Virus record (IMG/VR): IMGVR_UViG_3300025133_009393
DNA length: 64,000 nucleotides
Origin: a virus
Strand: one strand, 5' to 3'
Shown: positions 1 through 9,447 of the stretch, in pieces
Layout of the letters: the number at the start of each line of letters is the position of its first letter
Position numbering within the stretch: the stretch's first letter is position 1
Notes under the pieces: generated by a model
Database searches by the model: none
What the model was told of the DNA's origin: nothing
What the model saw: only the letters and a program-made list of their open reading frames with translations
Program-made: the position numbers and the translations under genes

Positions 1-925
1 CCCAATCCTTATCGTTGGTAAAATAAAAGCCTGGCTCTCCAGAGCCAGAGGCCTTCACGCGCTCCCAAAGTTCCTCAAAGTATTCCTTTGTAATCCTGTG
101 GCGCATTAGGGCGACCGAGTTGTTCGCTCTTCCCCTTTGTGGATTAGCCTCCCACCAATTTCCCGCTTTCGCTGCAAGCATTTCCTCATCATCGGCTGAA
201 AATAGTGAAATAAGTGCAGCGCGGCGAATGCCACCAGCGAGGACGGCATCGGCGATATGACAAATAATATCATGTACCTCGATAGGTTCAAATTTATCCC
301 CGTTCTCTTTCTCTTCTAGTATGCCCTGAATCTTGACCAAACATTCCTTAAGCGGCTGGGGGCCGGGCGCCTTGCCGCCACTTGTTATCAACTTCGCCCC
401 TTTGGCTCGAATATCAGAGAAGTCAAAGCGAATTTTTGAACCGCCCTTGAAATAAGAGTTCATCAGAGCTTTAACTGCATCTGCCCAGCCCTCGATCGAA
501 TCAGCAATAAGAAATCTTCTCGTCCTTTTAGAGTTTGGCTTTTGTATTTCCGAGAGTTTCTCCACATGATGCTTTTGAACTGAGTATCCAACACCAGTCC
601 CGCCAAGCAGGAGAAACATGCACTCACTAAAAGCACTAGTGTGATCAACAGGAAGAAAAGCACAGTTGTAAATCCTGTTAGGTGCCACTTCAATCGGCTT
701 GCCGCCGAACTGCATGGAGCGCATTGATGGTAATACTTTTTTCTCATAGACATGTTTGTAAGCCTCCTCTATATCTTCTTTAAGATCCGGATACTTCTTA
801 ATATGCATTTTTTTGTTGCGAGTAACTAGCTCCTTCCATGTCTCGCGTCTCTTTTTTTTCGGCAAATATCTTGCGTACTTCATATACACTGCAATGTCTG
901 ATAAAATTTTGTTTGGTAATTCCAC
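1..925 (-). CDS. nrdJ: Class II (B12-dependent, monomeric RTPR-type) ribonucleotide reductase, 5' part; runs off the window
   Basis: Not in the ORF track because it has no stop in the window. Manual translation from GTG at 925 (SD AAGGAG): MELPNKILSDIAVYMKYARYLP..RRETW..VLPSMRSMQFGG..IYNCAF..LLGGTGVGYSVQ..DSIEGWAD..FDFSDIRAKGAKLITSGGKAPGPQPL..AVLAGGIRRAALISL..RGRANNS..GSGEPG. Confidence 0.92.
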   Translation of the reverse strand, partial: MELPNKILSDIAVYMKYARYLPKKKRRETWKELVTRNKKMHIKKYPDLKEDIEEAYKHVYEKKVLPSMRSMQFGGKPIEVAPNRIYNCAFLPVDHTSAFSECMFLLLGGTGVGYSVQKHHVEKLSEIQKPNSKRTRRFLIADSIEGWADAVKALMNSYFKGGSKIRFDFSDIRAKGAKLITSGGKAPGPQPLKECLVKIQGILEEKENGDKFEPIEVHDIICHIADAVLAGGIRRAALISLFSADDEEMLAAKAGNWWEANPQRGRANNSVALMRHRITKEYFEELWERVKASGSGEPGFYFTNDKDW

Positions 926-937
926 CCCTGTTACTCC

Positions 938-2305
938 TTATGTTTGAGTCTTTTGATTTTTAAATTTCTTGTATGATTCCTTCAAATTTTCTCGTTCTCT
1001 TTTTGCGGCCTTGAGATTTAAATCCTCAATAGAATCATTGGTTTCCTCTAGCACCTCAATTTTTACATTGCTTGGATTCATGAAGATAGGAAAGATAATC
1101 CCATCAGGACCATTCCTGTTTTTAGCCACGAATAATCTGCCGCCATTTACTTTCTTGTCTTCGATTGTTCGGGAAATAGAGAAAATAAAATCGGCAACAA
1201 AACATTTATTAAATGCTTCGGAAATAGACTCCATTGTAATAACTTCTGCGTTCAATCCTGACCTATTAGTTTGAGATGCGGTCCAGACGGGACAGTCATA
1301 TTCTTGCGACAAAGCCCTTAGACCTTCATAAATAGACTCTAGTTCCTCTCTTTTCTCCCTGTATCTTGATGTGGTTTTCAGCAAATCAGCGTAATCTACT
1401 AGAATCATATCGATTTTTCTATCACATTTTTTTAATTTTTCTAAGTGGGCGCGCAACGTACTGACGGATGCAGATTTTGTAGGATATTCTTTGATGATCA
1501 ACTCGCCCTCAACATCAAGGCAGGTTTCATAAACCTGCTCTTTCATCCCAAACAATTCTGAAAGATGGACTCCGCTAATACAGCTATCGTATCTCTGGCC
1601 AGTTCTTTCTGCAGATAACTCTAGAGTATAATGCACAACGTTCTTGCCTGCTTTCAGGGCGACGGATCCTAAGTGTGATAAAACCATAGACTTGCCTGCG
1701 CCAGTGGGGGCAATAACCACGCCAAGCTCTCCTCGGCCCAAGCCATCCTTACATACATCATCTAATTTTTCCCACCCTGTGCTAACTGGGTTTCTAGAAG
1801 TTAAAAGATAGCGGCTTTCAAAGTCTTTCTTGAAGTCATGGCCAAAATTATTATCTGTTCCAAGTCTCAAAGCTGTAGTTATGATTCTTTCAATCTCATC
1901 GTATGAAGATGCCTGCAACAAATCAACAGACTTGATCATCGCTTCTTTTAACTTTTGCTTCTTGCAAAAGTCCAAACTAGTATCTTTAATATATTCTTCG
2001 TCTGTTGCTGAGCACGCGCAGGTTCTGGCAAAATAATCTCTCACTTGTTTTTGGATTACTTCGCTTTCGTCATCCATTTCTGTACGTAAAATAGTGGCTA
2101 AGATTTTTTTGGTTGGATGTACATTATATTTGCCCCTATAATCGTAAATCTTTTTGACAAAAGATCTTAAATACTTTAGTTCGAAAAATGTTATGTCCAA
2201 TACTTCTTCAATTTGATCCGAGAATGGTCGGTCTTCCAAGATTAACTGTGCTAGTGTCTCTTGAAATGACTTTCCATACCTAGAAAAGCTAATCTCTTCT
2301 GTCAT
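938..2305 (-). CDS. Replicative DNA helicase (DnaB/T4 gp41-like)
   Basis: Walker A APTGAGKS, HYTLEL, ILVDYADL, WTASQTNR, KNRNG. Confidence 0.93.
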   Translation of the reverse strand: MTEEISFSRYGKSFQETLAQLILEDRPFSDQIEEVLDITFFELKYLRSFVKKIYDYRGKYNVHPTKKILATILRTEMDDESEVIQKQVRDYFARTCACSATDEEYIKDTSLDFCKKQKLKEAMIKSVDLLQASSYDEIERIITTALRLGTDNNFGHDFKKDFESRYLLTSRNPVSTGWEKLDDVCKDGLGRGELGVVIAPTGAGKSMVLSHLGSVALKAGKNVVHYTLELSAERTGQRYDSCISGVHLSELFGMKEQVYETCLDVEGELIIKEYPTKSASVSTLRAHLEKLKKCDRKIDMILVDYADLLKTTSRYREKREELESIYEGLRALSQEYDCPVWTASQTNRSGLNAEVITMESISEAFNKCFVADFIFSISRTIEDKKVNGGRLFVAKNRNGPDGIIFPIFMNPSNVKIEVLEETNDSIEDLNLKAAKRERENLKESYKKFKNQKTQT

Positions 2306-2334
2306 TTCTACTCTCTTTTGTATGAATTATATGA

Positions 2335-2362
2335 ATTATAGTGACTCAGGCTTGATTGTCAA
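2335..2362 (-). promoter_or_regulatory. Sigma70-like promoter upstream of the helicase
   Basis: TTGACA-16 nt-TATAAT, perfect hexamers; a second TATAAT follows 9 nt later. Confidence 0.8.
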
Positions 2363-3317
2363 GCGCGATTCTTCTAAAGCTCGCCTGAAGTTCTGTCCAG
2401 TCAACATCGCCGAAGCCGTCGATTGTCATCATCTTTAAAACTTCTGTCTTGTTGAAAGAAATATCTGCTTCTTTCATTATCTCGCGAATCATTTTTTTGG
2501 CAGCAATGTTTAAGCTTGGCACATAAAGCTGCATCATTTGATAGTTACGTTCTAAAATGTCCTTCTTCTCTAGAACATTTTGATAAACTTTAAGACTATT
2601 TTCCCGCAATTGATCTTTAGAATAGTCTACTACTTGAGTGATTGTCTTGCTTTTCTCTTCTGAAAGAAAAGGAAACCTCTTGCTGACCGTCTTAAGGCCG
2701 GCGCCGCCAATACCCTCTAAATTATCTGATCGATCCCCAGCCATGGCTCGGGCCATGGCAAAATTGTTAGGATGAATTTTGAACTGCTCTAAGATATTAT
2801 TTTTATTTAATATTTGCTTTTGGATCGGCCTGTATAAGACAGTGTTCTCGCCCAAGAGCTGAAAGAAATCTTTATCGCTTGATACTATAACTTTTTGCCA
2901 GTCCTTATACTCCGGCATGTGTACTATCTGCGCAATGATATCATCAGCTTCTATTCCGTCAAAGATCAGCTGAACCAATGGCATACAATTAAAGTACTCC
3001 ACAATCCTTTGCATCTGCCAAATCTTATTTGTCCTCTCTTCTGACTCAGAGAGATTTCTTATATCTCTGTTGAGGCGAATCGGTTTTCTTCCAGCTTTGT
3101 AGTCTTTGTTCATCAGCTTTCGCTTTTTTGAGCCGCCTTCGCCATCCCAACAGATCACAATTTTATCTGGTCTAGTTTCCCTACAGATCTTCTGTAAAGA
3201 TTTAACGACTCCAACCAAGCCACCGATCGGCTGCCCGTTAGCAGACAGCGAAGGGTTGACTATATAAGAGCGAAAAAACAAGTTAAGCTGATCGATGATC
3301 AGTAAACGCTTCTGCAT
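2346..3317 (-). CDS. 5'-3' exonuclease / flap endonuclease (PolI N-terminal domain, T4 RNase H-like)
   Basis: LLIID, CWDG, YKAGR, EADDII, SSDKDFFQL, GDRSDNLEGIGGAGLKT (helix-3-turn-helix). Confidence 0.92.
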   Translation of the reverse strand: MQKRLLIIDQLNLFFRSYIVNPSLSANGQPIGGLVGVVKSLQKICRETRPDKIVICWDGEGGSKKRKLMNKDYKAGRKPIRLNRDIRNLSESEERTNKIWQMQRIVEYFNCMPLVQLIFDGIEADDIIAQIVHMPEYKDWQKVIVSSDKDFFQLLGENTVLYRPIQKQILNKNNILEQFKIHPNNFAMARAMAGDRSDNLEGIGGAGLKTVSKRFPFLSEEKSKTITQVVDYSKDQLRENSLKVYQNVLEKKDILERNYQMMQLYVPSLNIAAKKMIREIMKEADISFNKTEVLKMMTIDGFGDVDWTELQASFRRIALDNQA

Positions 3318-3331
3318 ATAACACCTTTTTT

Positions 3332-3688
3332 TTATCCAGCATAAACTAGATTTTGATTAATATCATAAATCTGTTTAATTACAATTCTAAATGCACCTTC
3401 AATCATGGTGACTTTTCTTTGTAGCAGCTTTCGAAAACTATTGAAAGAGTGTCCTTTTCCAACTAGAAACTTAATCCTGAGAACGGTTCTTTCCTTGCTG
3501 GGTCCAGTTTTTATTGCCGGCTCAAGCACCGTGACGATTGTTATACCCTCGACAGATCTTAATTCTGTCAAGATATCAGTCAAGTTTTCTGCCGGATCTG
3601 AAACGAGATCACACCTAGCTTCAAAATAGTAAGGAGCTAGCTCGGTTTCGTTTAGTAAACGTTTAACCCTTTCTTCTATCAACTTCAT
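3332..3688 (-). CDS. Hypothetical protein, possible ferredoxin-like fold with a short LLNE leader
   Basis: 118 aa ORF filling the intergenic gap, SD-like GGGGA, CTAATTA motif at 3707-3713. Confidence 0.6.
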   Translation of the reverse strand: MKLIEERVKRLLNETELAPYYFEARCDLVSDPAENLTDILTELRSVEGITIVTVLEPAIKTGPSKERTVLRIKFLVGKGHSFNSFRKLLQRKVTMIEGAFRIVIKQIYDINQNLVYAG

Positions 3689-3717
3689 GAAATTCCCCGT
3701 GTAAACTAATTAGATCT

Positions 3718-4164
3718 TTAAAGTTTATAACACTCAATTTCATTTTCATTTTTAGTGTACACAACCTTCTTGATGCCACAAAACTTCAATATTTCATGAC
3801 ACATCAGACAAGGTTTCGAAAGACGATACTCTCCCTTTTTGTTAATTCGTACAACATAAACTGTAGAACCAACTGTTTTCGATCGATCTACTCCTAGGAC
3901 GCAACCCAACTCTGCATGGTGTGTTGCGGGGCCTAGGCCTTGTTTGCGAAAACGATTTCCAAAAGCACTAAACTTATCCTTGTTAAAGGAAGCGCTTATT
4001 ATCGAGCCACCTTTTACTAATACGGCGCCGTGTCTTATTTTGCCATAGCTACTTTGAACAGCCATGCTTTTAGCTGTCTTCAAGAAACTATTTGTCTTTA
4101 GACTTGGCTCAACCGTATAGCCGGGCAAGTGATTGCGTCGCTTAAATGGTTCTTCGCTTTCCAT
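3718..4164 (-). CDS. Cytidine/dCMP deaminase family zinc protein
   Basis: HGAVLV, HAE, PCLMC, GIKKVVY. Confidence 0.85.
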   Translation of the reverse strand: MESEEPFKRRNHLPGYTVEPSLKTNSFLKTAKSMAVQSSYGKIRHGAVLVKGGSIISASFNKDKFSAFGNRFRKQGLGPATHHAELGCVLGVDRSKTVGSTVYVVRINKKGEYRLSKPCLMCHEILKFCGIKKVVYTKNENEIECYKL

Positions 4165-4170
4165 ACATTA

Positions 4171-4198
4171 AAGATAGTAACACAAAGCGTTGTGTAAA
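4171..4198 (-). promoter_or_regulatory. Sigma70-like promoter, probably giving a leaderless deaminase mRNA
   Basis: TTTACA-16 nt-TATCTT, ATG 6 nt after the -10 box, no SD. Confidence 0.55.
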
Positions 4199-5314
4199 CT
4201 ATTTTTCTTCTTTATCGATATCATAATAAGCTTTGGCATCTCCAGATCTATTCTCAAACTTTAAAATAATATCCTCGTCCATGATCTCCAATACCCTAGT
4301 CTTAAATTTCTCGTTCTTGAGCTTTTCTAACCATTTGCTGGCTTGGAATTTTTCTGTGCTTCCATCCTTATACACCAAATTATACCAAGCTCCTGATTGG
4401 TTCAATGATTCTGATCCTTTGATAGCTTCTAGCCAGCTTTCTTGATCTTGAATTCCAACGTCACCGCCCCACAAGATCTTAAAAGTACACTGACGGCCTT
4501 CGGTGCCGAAGCGACTCTTCTTCAACGTTGCTTTGACCTCGCAGCCAACTCGATATCCATTCTCGTCGGTAATGAAAGAGGCCTTTGCCTTGCGTTTCGT
4601 AAGCCATATACGCAGCGAGTAAGCATAATGCATTGCTTTTCCGCCAGGTGTAACATAGGGTGTGGTCATTGCTTCCGCAACGTTGCTAGTAATGTTTGTC
4701 TTTAGCTGATTCAATACCAAAAACGTTGATTTTGATGCAGCAATAGGCACTGTTAGCTTTGCCATACCCTTCGCCAGAATTCTAGGCTTAACTGCCATCG
4801 ATGATTGCGGGTTAAAGTCGCCTTCGACGTCGCTGACCGATGGTGTTAAAGCTAGAGAGTCCCATATAAAAAGCATACGATTGTCGTTTGAACCCAGTAG
4901 CTCTTCAATCGTCTCTAAAACATACTCCACACTAGGCGGCTGTAAATAAAGAATATTATTAACATCGCAGCCGGCGCTAGCTAGAAATTGAGGATCTATT
5001 GCTGATTCAGAATCAAAATATACAACATCAATTCCCATTTTTTGAGCATTCGCGGCGATTTGTGCAGCCATGTAAGACTTGCCTGAACCTTCCAAGCCAG
5101 CGATCTCTACTACCTTGCCCATGGGAATTCCCGCCAGCTGGCCCCTGCAAGTGATGCAGTCTAGCCAACGAGATCCGGTCGGGATCCAGTCTTTAACTTG
5201 TGTTGGATTATCCTTGGTCAAATCAAAGGCAACTTCCATTCCCGCCTTCTTGTTAATGAGATTTCTCATCTCTCCAATACTTAGCCTTCCCAGCTTCTTT
5301 GTCTTCTTAGCCAT
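4199..5314 (-). CDS. recA: RecA/UvsX recombinase
   Basis: WIPTGS, GLEGSGKS Walker A, YFDSE, IWDSL, LNQL, TPGGKA. Confidence 0.92.
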   Translation of the reverse strand: MAKKTKKLGRLSIGEMRNLINKKAGMEVAFDLTKDNPTQVKDWIPTGSRWLDCITCRGQLAGIPMGKVVEIAGLEGSGKSYMAAQIAANAQKMGIDVVYFDSESAIDPQFLASAGCDVNNILYLQPPSVEYVLETIEELLGSNDNRMLFIWDSLALTPSVSDVEGDFNPQSSMAVKPRILAKGMAKLTVPIAASKSTFLVLNQLKTNITSNVAEAMTTPYVTPGGKAMHYAYSLRIWLTKRKAKASFITDENGYRVGCEVKATLKKSRFGTEGRQCTFKILWGGDVGIQDQESWLEAIKGSESLNQSGAWYNLVYKDGSTEKFQASKWLEKLKNEKFKTRVLEIMDEDIILKFENRSGDAKAYYDIDKEEK

Positions 5315-5607
5315 TCTTCCTCTTTTAAATTTAACTCTTCCGTTAGTGATTCATACTCTGGTAATTCCATAGTACGATCCGGATCTTGTACACCATAGTC
5401 AATGTATGTTGGATTTCGAACAATACATTCGACTTTCTCAGCGAGAGAGATAGAAATTTCTTCTATTGCCTCTCTACTAAACTCTCCTGTCGTCTGTATG
5501 ATGTACTCTCTTTTACATGCTGTTAGTCTATTTTCTAAAATAGCTCCGGTGGCCACACCCAGTAAAAAAACAGAAATGGTTACGGCTGTGATTAATAAAG
5601 TCTCCAT
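5281..5607 (-). CDS. Small membrane-anchored hypothetical protein
   Basis: N-terminal hydrophobic helix LLITAVTISVFLLGVATGAIL; CTAATTA motif 10 nt upstream. Confidence 0.6.
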   Translation of the reverse strand: METLLITAVTISVFLLGVATGAILENRLTACKREYIIQTTGEFSREAIEEISISLAEKVECIVRNPTYIDYGVQDPDRTMELPEYESLTEELNLKEEEWLRRQRSWEG

Positions 5608-5665
5608 TGTACTAAAGTAATTAGCGCGCTTGAAGCATTTTTCAACTCGGAGTTAGTTTAGAGGC

Positions 5666-6106
5666 CTAGGCCACACCCAGTAGCTCGATTTCAAATGTAA
5701 GTGATTGGCCGGCGAGCACATGATTAAAGTCGACTGTAACATCCTTCTCGCCTACCTGCTCTACGCGTGCCTGCAGGGGGCGGCCGTCTTGATCTTGCGA
5801 AAAGACTACCGTGCCCTCTTCTATATTTTCATAGTCGGCAAACTGTTCGTTGGGAACTACATGAATCAAGTCTTCTCGTGGAAAACCATAAGCTTCTTCC
5901 GGATCCAACTTAAAACTCTTAGTTTCTCCTACCTTTAGCGAAGAGACTGCATTGTTAAATGCAGATAACATCCCTCCTTCGCCTATCGTAAAAACCAACG
6001 GCTCATTCCGCTTACGAGAGTTATCAAACTCTGTTCCATCGTCTAGTGTACCAACATAATGCACACTAACTTCTTGTCCATTTTCTAACTTCTGTTCTTC
6101 GCTCAT
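5666..6106 (-). CDS. FKBP-type peptidyl-prolyl isomerase (SlyD/SlpA-like, with insert-in-flap domain)
   Basis: VSVHYVGTLDDGTEFDNS, PEEAYG, VDFNHVLAGQSLTFEIELL. Confidence 0.92.
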   Translation of the reverse strand: MSEEQKLENGQEVSVHYVGTLDDGTEFDNSRKRNEPLVFTIGEGGMLSAFNNAVSSLKVGETKSFKLDPEEAYGFPREDLIHVVPNEQFADYENIEEGTVVFSQDQDGRPLQARVEQVGEKDVTVDFNHVLAGQSLTFEIELLGVA

Positions 6107-6131
6107 TATATATTAATCCTTTTTAAATAAT

Positions 6132-6155
6132 AAGGCACCTGTAATCCCGTGCCTT
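6132..6155 (-). terminator. Stem-loop after the ssb gene (terminator or processing site)
   Basis: AAGGCAC-GGGATTACAG-GTGCCTT followed by ATTATTT. Confidence 0.5.
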
Positions 6156-6169
6156 CCTGCGGCTTAACT

Positions 6170-6907
6170 TTATGACAAAAGTTCGTTGAACGCCTTGTCA
6201 ACTGCATTCTGAGAGCCACCAGAGGAGTACTTTGTAGTCTCCTCAGAGGAAGCTTCCTCTCCCAGCAAGAACTCATCCAGCATAGCCTGTACTTGTTCCG
6301 GAGTCTTACGCTCAAACAACGTATTAAAATCAGGAATCTGATCCAGAGCAGCTGCTGTTGCCTCCTCGGTAGGCATTAAGCCAGAAGATCGACGTCGGGG
6401 AGTGATACTAGTCTGCGGAAATTGTGCTCCCGGCGGCTTTCCGTAGTTAATCACCAAGTCTGTACCATTCTCGGAATCAGTGATATCACCATAATCAGGG
6501 TTTAAGACCAGATTAAGCAACTCAGCATATGCTGTTTTGCCAAAGCCCCACACACGTACACCCTTCTCTTCCTCGCCTCGTACAATGACGGGTGAAAAGA
6601 AGCGTTGGCGAGCCGAAAGAGACTTAGCCATCTTGATGCTCTCTTCTGTACCTTCGTTGTACAGATTACGCACGAATGAATCGAGCGGATCATCTTCTCC
6701 GAAGTTTCTCTTCGGGCTTAAGAAGCCCGGGTTCTTACCCACGTTGTAGTGGAACCAAAAATCCTTGAAAGGGTCGCCATCTGGAGTTGGGACAATACGA
6801 ATTGTCGTCTCTCCGTCCTGCGGACGCCAAAATAGTTCCTTGTTGCCGTTTCCTTTATTTTGGAGAGCTGCGGCCTTTGCTCTCATCTTTTCCATATCAA
6901 TACCCAT
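6170..6907 (-). CDS. Single-stranded DNA-binding protein (T4 gp32-like)
   Basis: FWRP..TIRIVP..PF..HY, GVRVWGFGK, YGDITD..GTDL, acidic C-tail; start moved to ATG 6907 behind SD AAGGAG. Confidence 0.85.
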   Translation of the reverse strand: MGIDMEKMRAKAAALQNKGNGNKELFWRPQDGETTIRIVPTPDGDPFKDFWFHYNVGKNPGFLSPKRNFGEDDPLDSFVRNLYNEGTEESIKMAKSLSARQRFFSPVIVRGEEEKGVRVWGFGKTAYAELLNLVLNPDYGDITDSENGTDLVINYGKPPGAQFPQTSITPRRRSSGLMPTEEATAAALDQIPDFNTLFERKTPEQVQAMLDEFLLGEEASSEETTKYSSGGSQNAVDKAFNELLS

Positions 6908-6966
6908 AATAATCTCCTTTTTAGGTAGAGTGTACTCGGTCAATCTCCCGAGCACCTGTTGAATTC

Positions 6967-6994
6967 AATATAATCACTCTTTAAAGATAGTAAA
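6967..6994 (-). promoter_or_regulatory. Sigma70-like promoter of ssb
   Basis: TTTACT-16 nt-TATATT. Confidence 0.6.
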
Positions 6995-7002
6995 ATGTTT
7001 TT

Positions 7003-7842
7003 TTATATTTCTATTTCTTGAATCATGCTGGCGTGTTGCACAATATACGCATAATTCTGAGAATAATTATTTGAGTATATGCCATACGAAACCTTCAAGT
7101 TTTCATCGTCGTTATCTTTTACTTGTTCTGTAATCTTTTTAAGAAGTGTGCCATCAGACTCTAATTGTTTTGAATCGACTGAATAATAGTATATCATTTC
7201 TCTTGGCATATTCAAAGGATAAAATAACTTTTTTTCACCTGTCTCAATGTCAAGTAATCCGATAGTTGATATCTTGGCTGGAGACACCGGATCAGAAGCT
7301 GTACTCATGACCGGATCTGTGTTGCTAAAGATGTTTATCATATGTACTGTGCTGGCAATAACCTCGTTGAGCGCATCGTAGTATTTTGTAATCGGCACAT
7401 CTCCTACGATATCTTCCAGAATCGAATTTGATATTATAAACAGCCTCTTCAGTGCTGCAGAGCGCGCGTACTCTTGCAAGACATTGAAAACAATACGTTC
7501 TTGCATTTTTTTTGTGTGAGACAATAGCGATGTATCTGGCTTTATATATAATACAAATATATCTTTGCTGCTCAGTTGTTCCATTATTCGCAAAGTCGCG
7601 CCACTGATTGCTCCGCTTCCACCAACAATAAAAAGATAGGGAGGCTTCGCATCTTTAAAAAATCTCTTGAAAGAAGGGCATGAAATTTCATAATCCTCGA
7701 AAGAGGTACTAGGTTTCAAGTACTTGAACTTTGCGCCCGGTCTCTTTTCAGAATCAATCCTATAGATATTATACTGTGGATACTGAGCGAACTTCTCAGA
7801 TATGTTACAGCCGGCCTGACCTAGACCGATAATAGTTTCCAT
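7003..7842 (-). CDS. Tubulin/FtsZ-family protein (PhuZ/TubZ-like)
   Basis: IIGLGQAGCNI, degenerate signature loop GGSGAISG, IISN, YYDALN. Confidence 0.75.
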   Translation of the reverse strand: METIIGLGQAGCNISEKFAQYPQYNIYRIDSEKRPGAKFKYLKPSTSFEDYEISCPSFKRFFKDAKPPYLFIVGGSGAISGATLRIMEQLSSKDIFVLYIKPDTSLLSHTKKMQERIVFNVLQEYARSAALKRLFIISNSILEDIVGDVPITKYYDALNEVIASTVHMINIFSNTDPVMSTASDPVSPAKISTIGLLDIETGEKKLFYPLNMPREMIYYYSVDSKQLESDGTLLKKITEQVKDNDDENLKVSYGIYSNNYSQNYAYIVQHASMIQEIEI

Positions 7843-7862
7843 TTATGCCTCTAGGCTTAATG

Positions 7863-8216
7863 TTATTCTGGAGCTACGTGTCTTTCTTTTCTGTGGCTCT
7901 CGTCATCCTGCGCTTCAGGCTCGGGATTCTTAGCCATCTCGGCGAGGCCGGCCATTAAACGTTCCAGACCCATGCGAACTTTACTATTAGTATCCATCGC
8001 TCCTTCGCCGGCAGCTGCCGACAGCGCATCAAGAAGGGCCTTTACCATCTGATCTTCGGCCGGACTACCCGTTCTAATAAGTAATACGATTCTTTTACAT
8101 AGCTCTATCGGGCTAGTTGGATCTGGGGCAGCTTCCTCTAAAGAGCCTTCCATGGACACTTCTTGTGCCAACTCTTCTTTGATTAATTGAATTAGTTTTT
8201 TTCTGGTAATGCGCAT
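7863..8216 (-). CDS. Hypothetical protein with MRITRKKLIQLIKEEL leader (putative internal head protein)
   Basis: N-terminal motif shared with 38069-38743 and 50392-51009; ACTAATTA motif and AAGGAG SD upstream. Confidence 0.65.
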   Translation of the reverse strand: MRITRKKLIQLIKEELAQEVSMEGSLEEAAPDPTSPIELCKRIVLLIRTGSPAEDQMVKALLDALSAAAGEGAMDTNSKVRMGLERLMAGLAEMAKNPEPEAQDDESHRKERHVAPE

Positions 8217-8242
8217 GATGCAAAAATCTCCTTTTCTACTTA

Positions 8243-9433
8243 TTAATTAGTACTAATTTGTCTCATATTTCCAAAATCTTTTCCGATACTTAAATTAACT
8301 TTAAAGCTTCCGAAATAAGTATCAGAAAAAATTCTTATTATCTCTTCCAAAATATCTCTATTATCTCTCTTCAAATCAACAACAAAGCTGTCGTGTATGC
8401 TGAAAGCAATATGCGAATCTGTATTCTTAATAATCCGATCAGCTTTGATCATCTGCCTCAAGAACATATCACTGGTTGTGCTTTGGATTATATAATTTAA
8501 AGCGTGATGTTGATCTGATTTGATTTTTCTTCCAAACGGCGTACTAATATATTCACCATCATAATATTTCTCTAATATTCTGCCCTTGTTGAATAGTTTT
8601 TCTAGTTTAACATTTTCTGCTTGAGGATTGTATAGCCAAGCAAAAACTTTCTTCTTGACCATATCTCTAGATAAACCACCCTTAAAGACACTTTGGCCTA
8701 TCCAAGCATGGATGTCCCCTTTTGGTTGCGGAATGCCTAAAAGGCCTAAAAACACCCGCAATTCAGCAGCGTTATAATCTAGCTCTACAAAAACATCATT
8801 GTTGGGTTTCAAGATGGAGCGATGATCCCTGTCTAATGTCATGATGGGGAAGCTATTTGGGAGCGTGGTTAGCCTTCCGGTTTTTGTACCAAATATATTG
8901 TAATCAATATACGGATTTAAGCTAGATATTTTTTTCACAAATTGACGCGTCTTGTATTTACCAAAGTTATTTTTTATTCTATCGACGTCGACATTTAGTT
9001 GGTGTTTTCTTATAGATTCAACAAGTCTGGTTATGTCCAAAAGAAAATCATAATTTTCAGGCTCGGGGAAATTATTGTATACATATTCAGTAATCTGGTT
9101 TTTAAGATCAAAGTACTGTAATAGGAATATTTCTGGTATACTATCGTAAAAACATATATCTTCTAAATTAATCTTGGCTAACTCGAAGGTGCGCATATAA
9201 GCTCGGAGCTTCTGTGTCACCCGCCCCCACTCTTCTTTTAGGTCGTCTGGACATACCTCTCCTAGAGTTTTTCCTGCGCAATATAAATTAACAAATTTTA
9301 AATCATCAACGCTACTCAAATATTGTACATACTTCCAAGTTGCGGTGGGCGAATTCGGCGGACGTTCATTGAGGGTGTCCTCATAATAAAACAATCTACA
9401 CTCTTGCTTTTTGTCCAGTGGTTGAAAAAACAT
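8243..9433 (-). CDS. Short family A DNA polymerase-like protein (polymerase domain only)
   Basis: GTKTGRL, motif A ELDYNAAELRV, motif B RDMVKKKVFAWLY, TPFGR, ALNYIIQST, motif C SIHDSFVVD. Confidence 0.85.
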   Translation of the reverse strand: MFFQPLDKKQECRLFYYEDTLNERPPNSPTATWKYVQYLSSVDDLKFVNLYCAGKTLGEVCPDDLKEEWGRVTQKLRAYMRTFELAKINLEDICFYDSIPEIFLLQYFDLKNQITEYVYNNFPEPENYDFLLDITRLVESIRKHQLNVDVDRIKNNFGKYKTRQFVKKISSLNPYIDYNIFGTKTGRLTTLPNSFPIMTLDRDHRSILKPNNDVFVELDYNAAELRVFLGLLGIPQPKGDIHAWIGQSVFKGGLSRDMVKKKVFAWLYNPQAENVKLEKLFNKGRILEKYYDGEYISTPFGRKIKSDQHHALNYIIQSTTSDMFLRQMIKADRIIKNTDSHIAFSIHDSFVVDLKRDNRDILEEIIRIFSDTYFGSFKVNLSIGKDFGNMRQISTN

Positions 9434-9447
9434 CTTGCTCCAACATT

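Noticed and set aside
106-753. Track ORFs 106-291 and 463-753, and a possible split or frameshifted RNR
   Set aside because: Both are off-frame shadows; nrdJ reads continuously from GTG 925 to the window edge in another frame.
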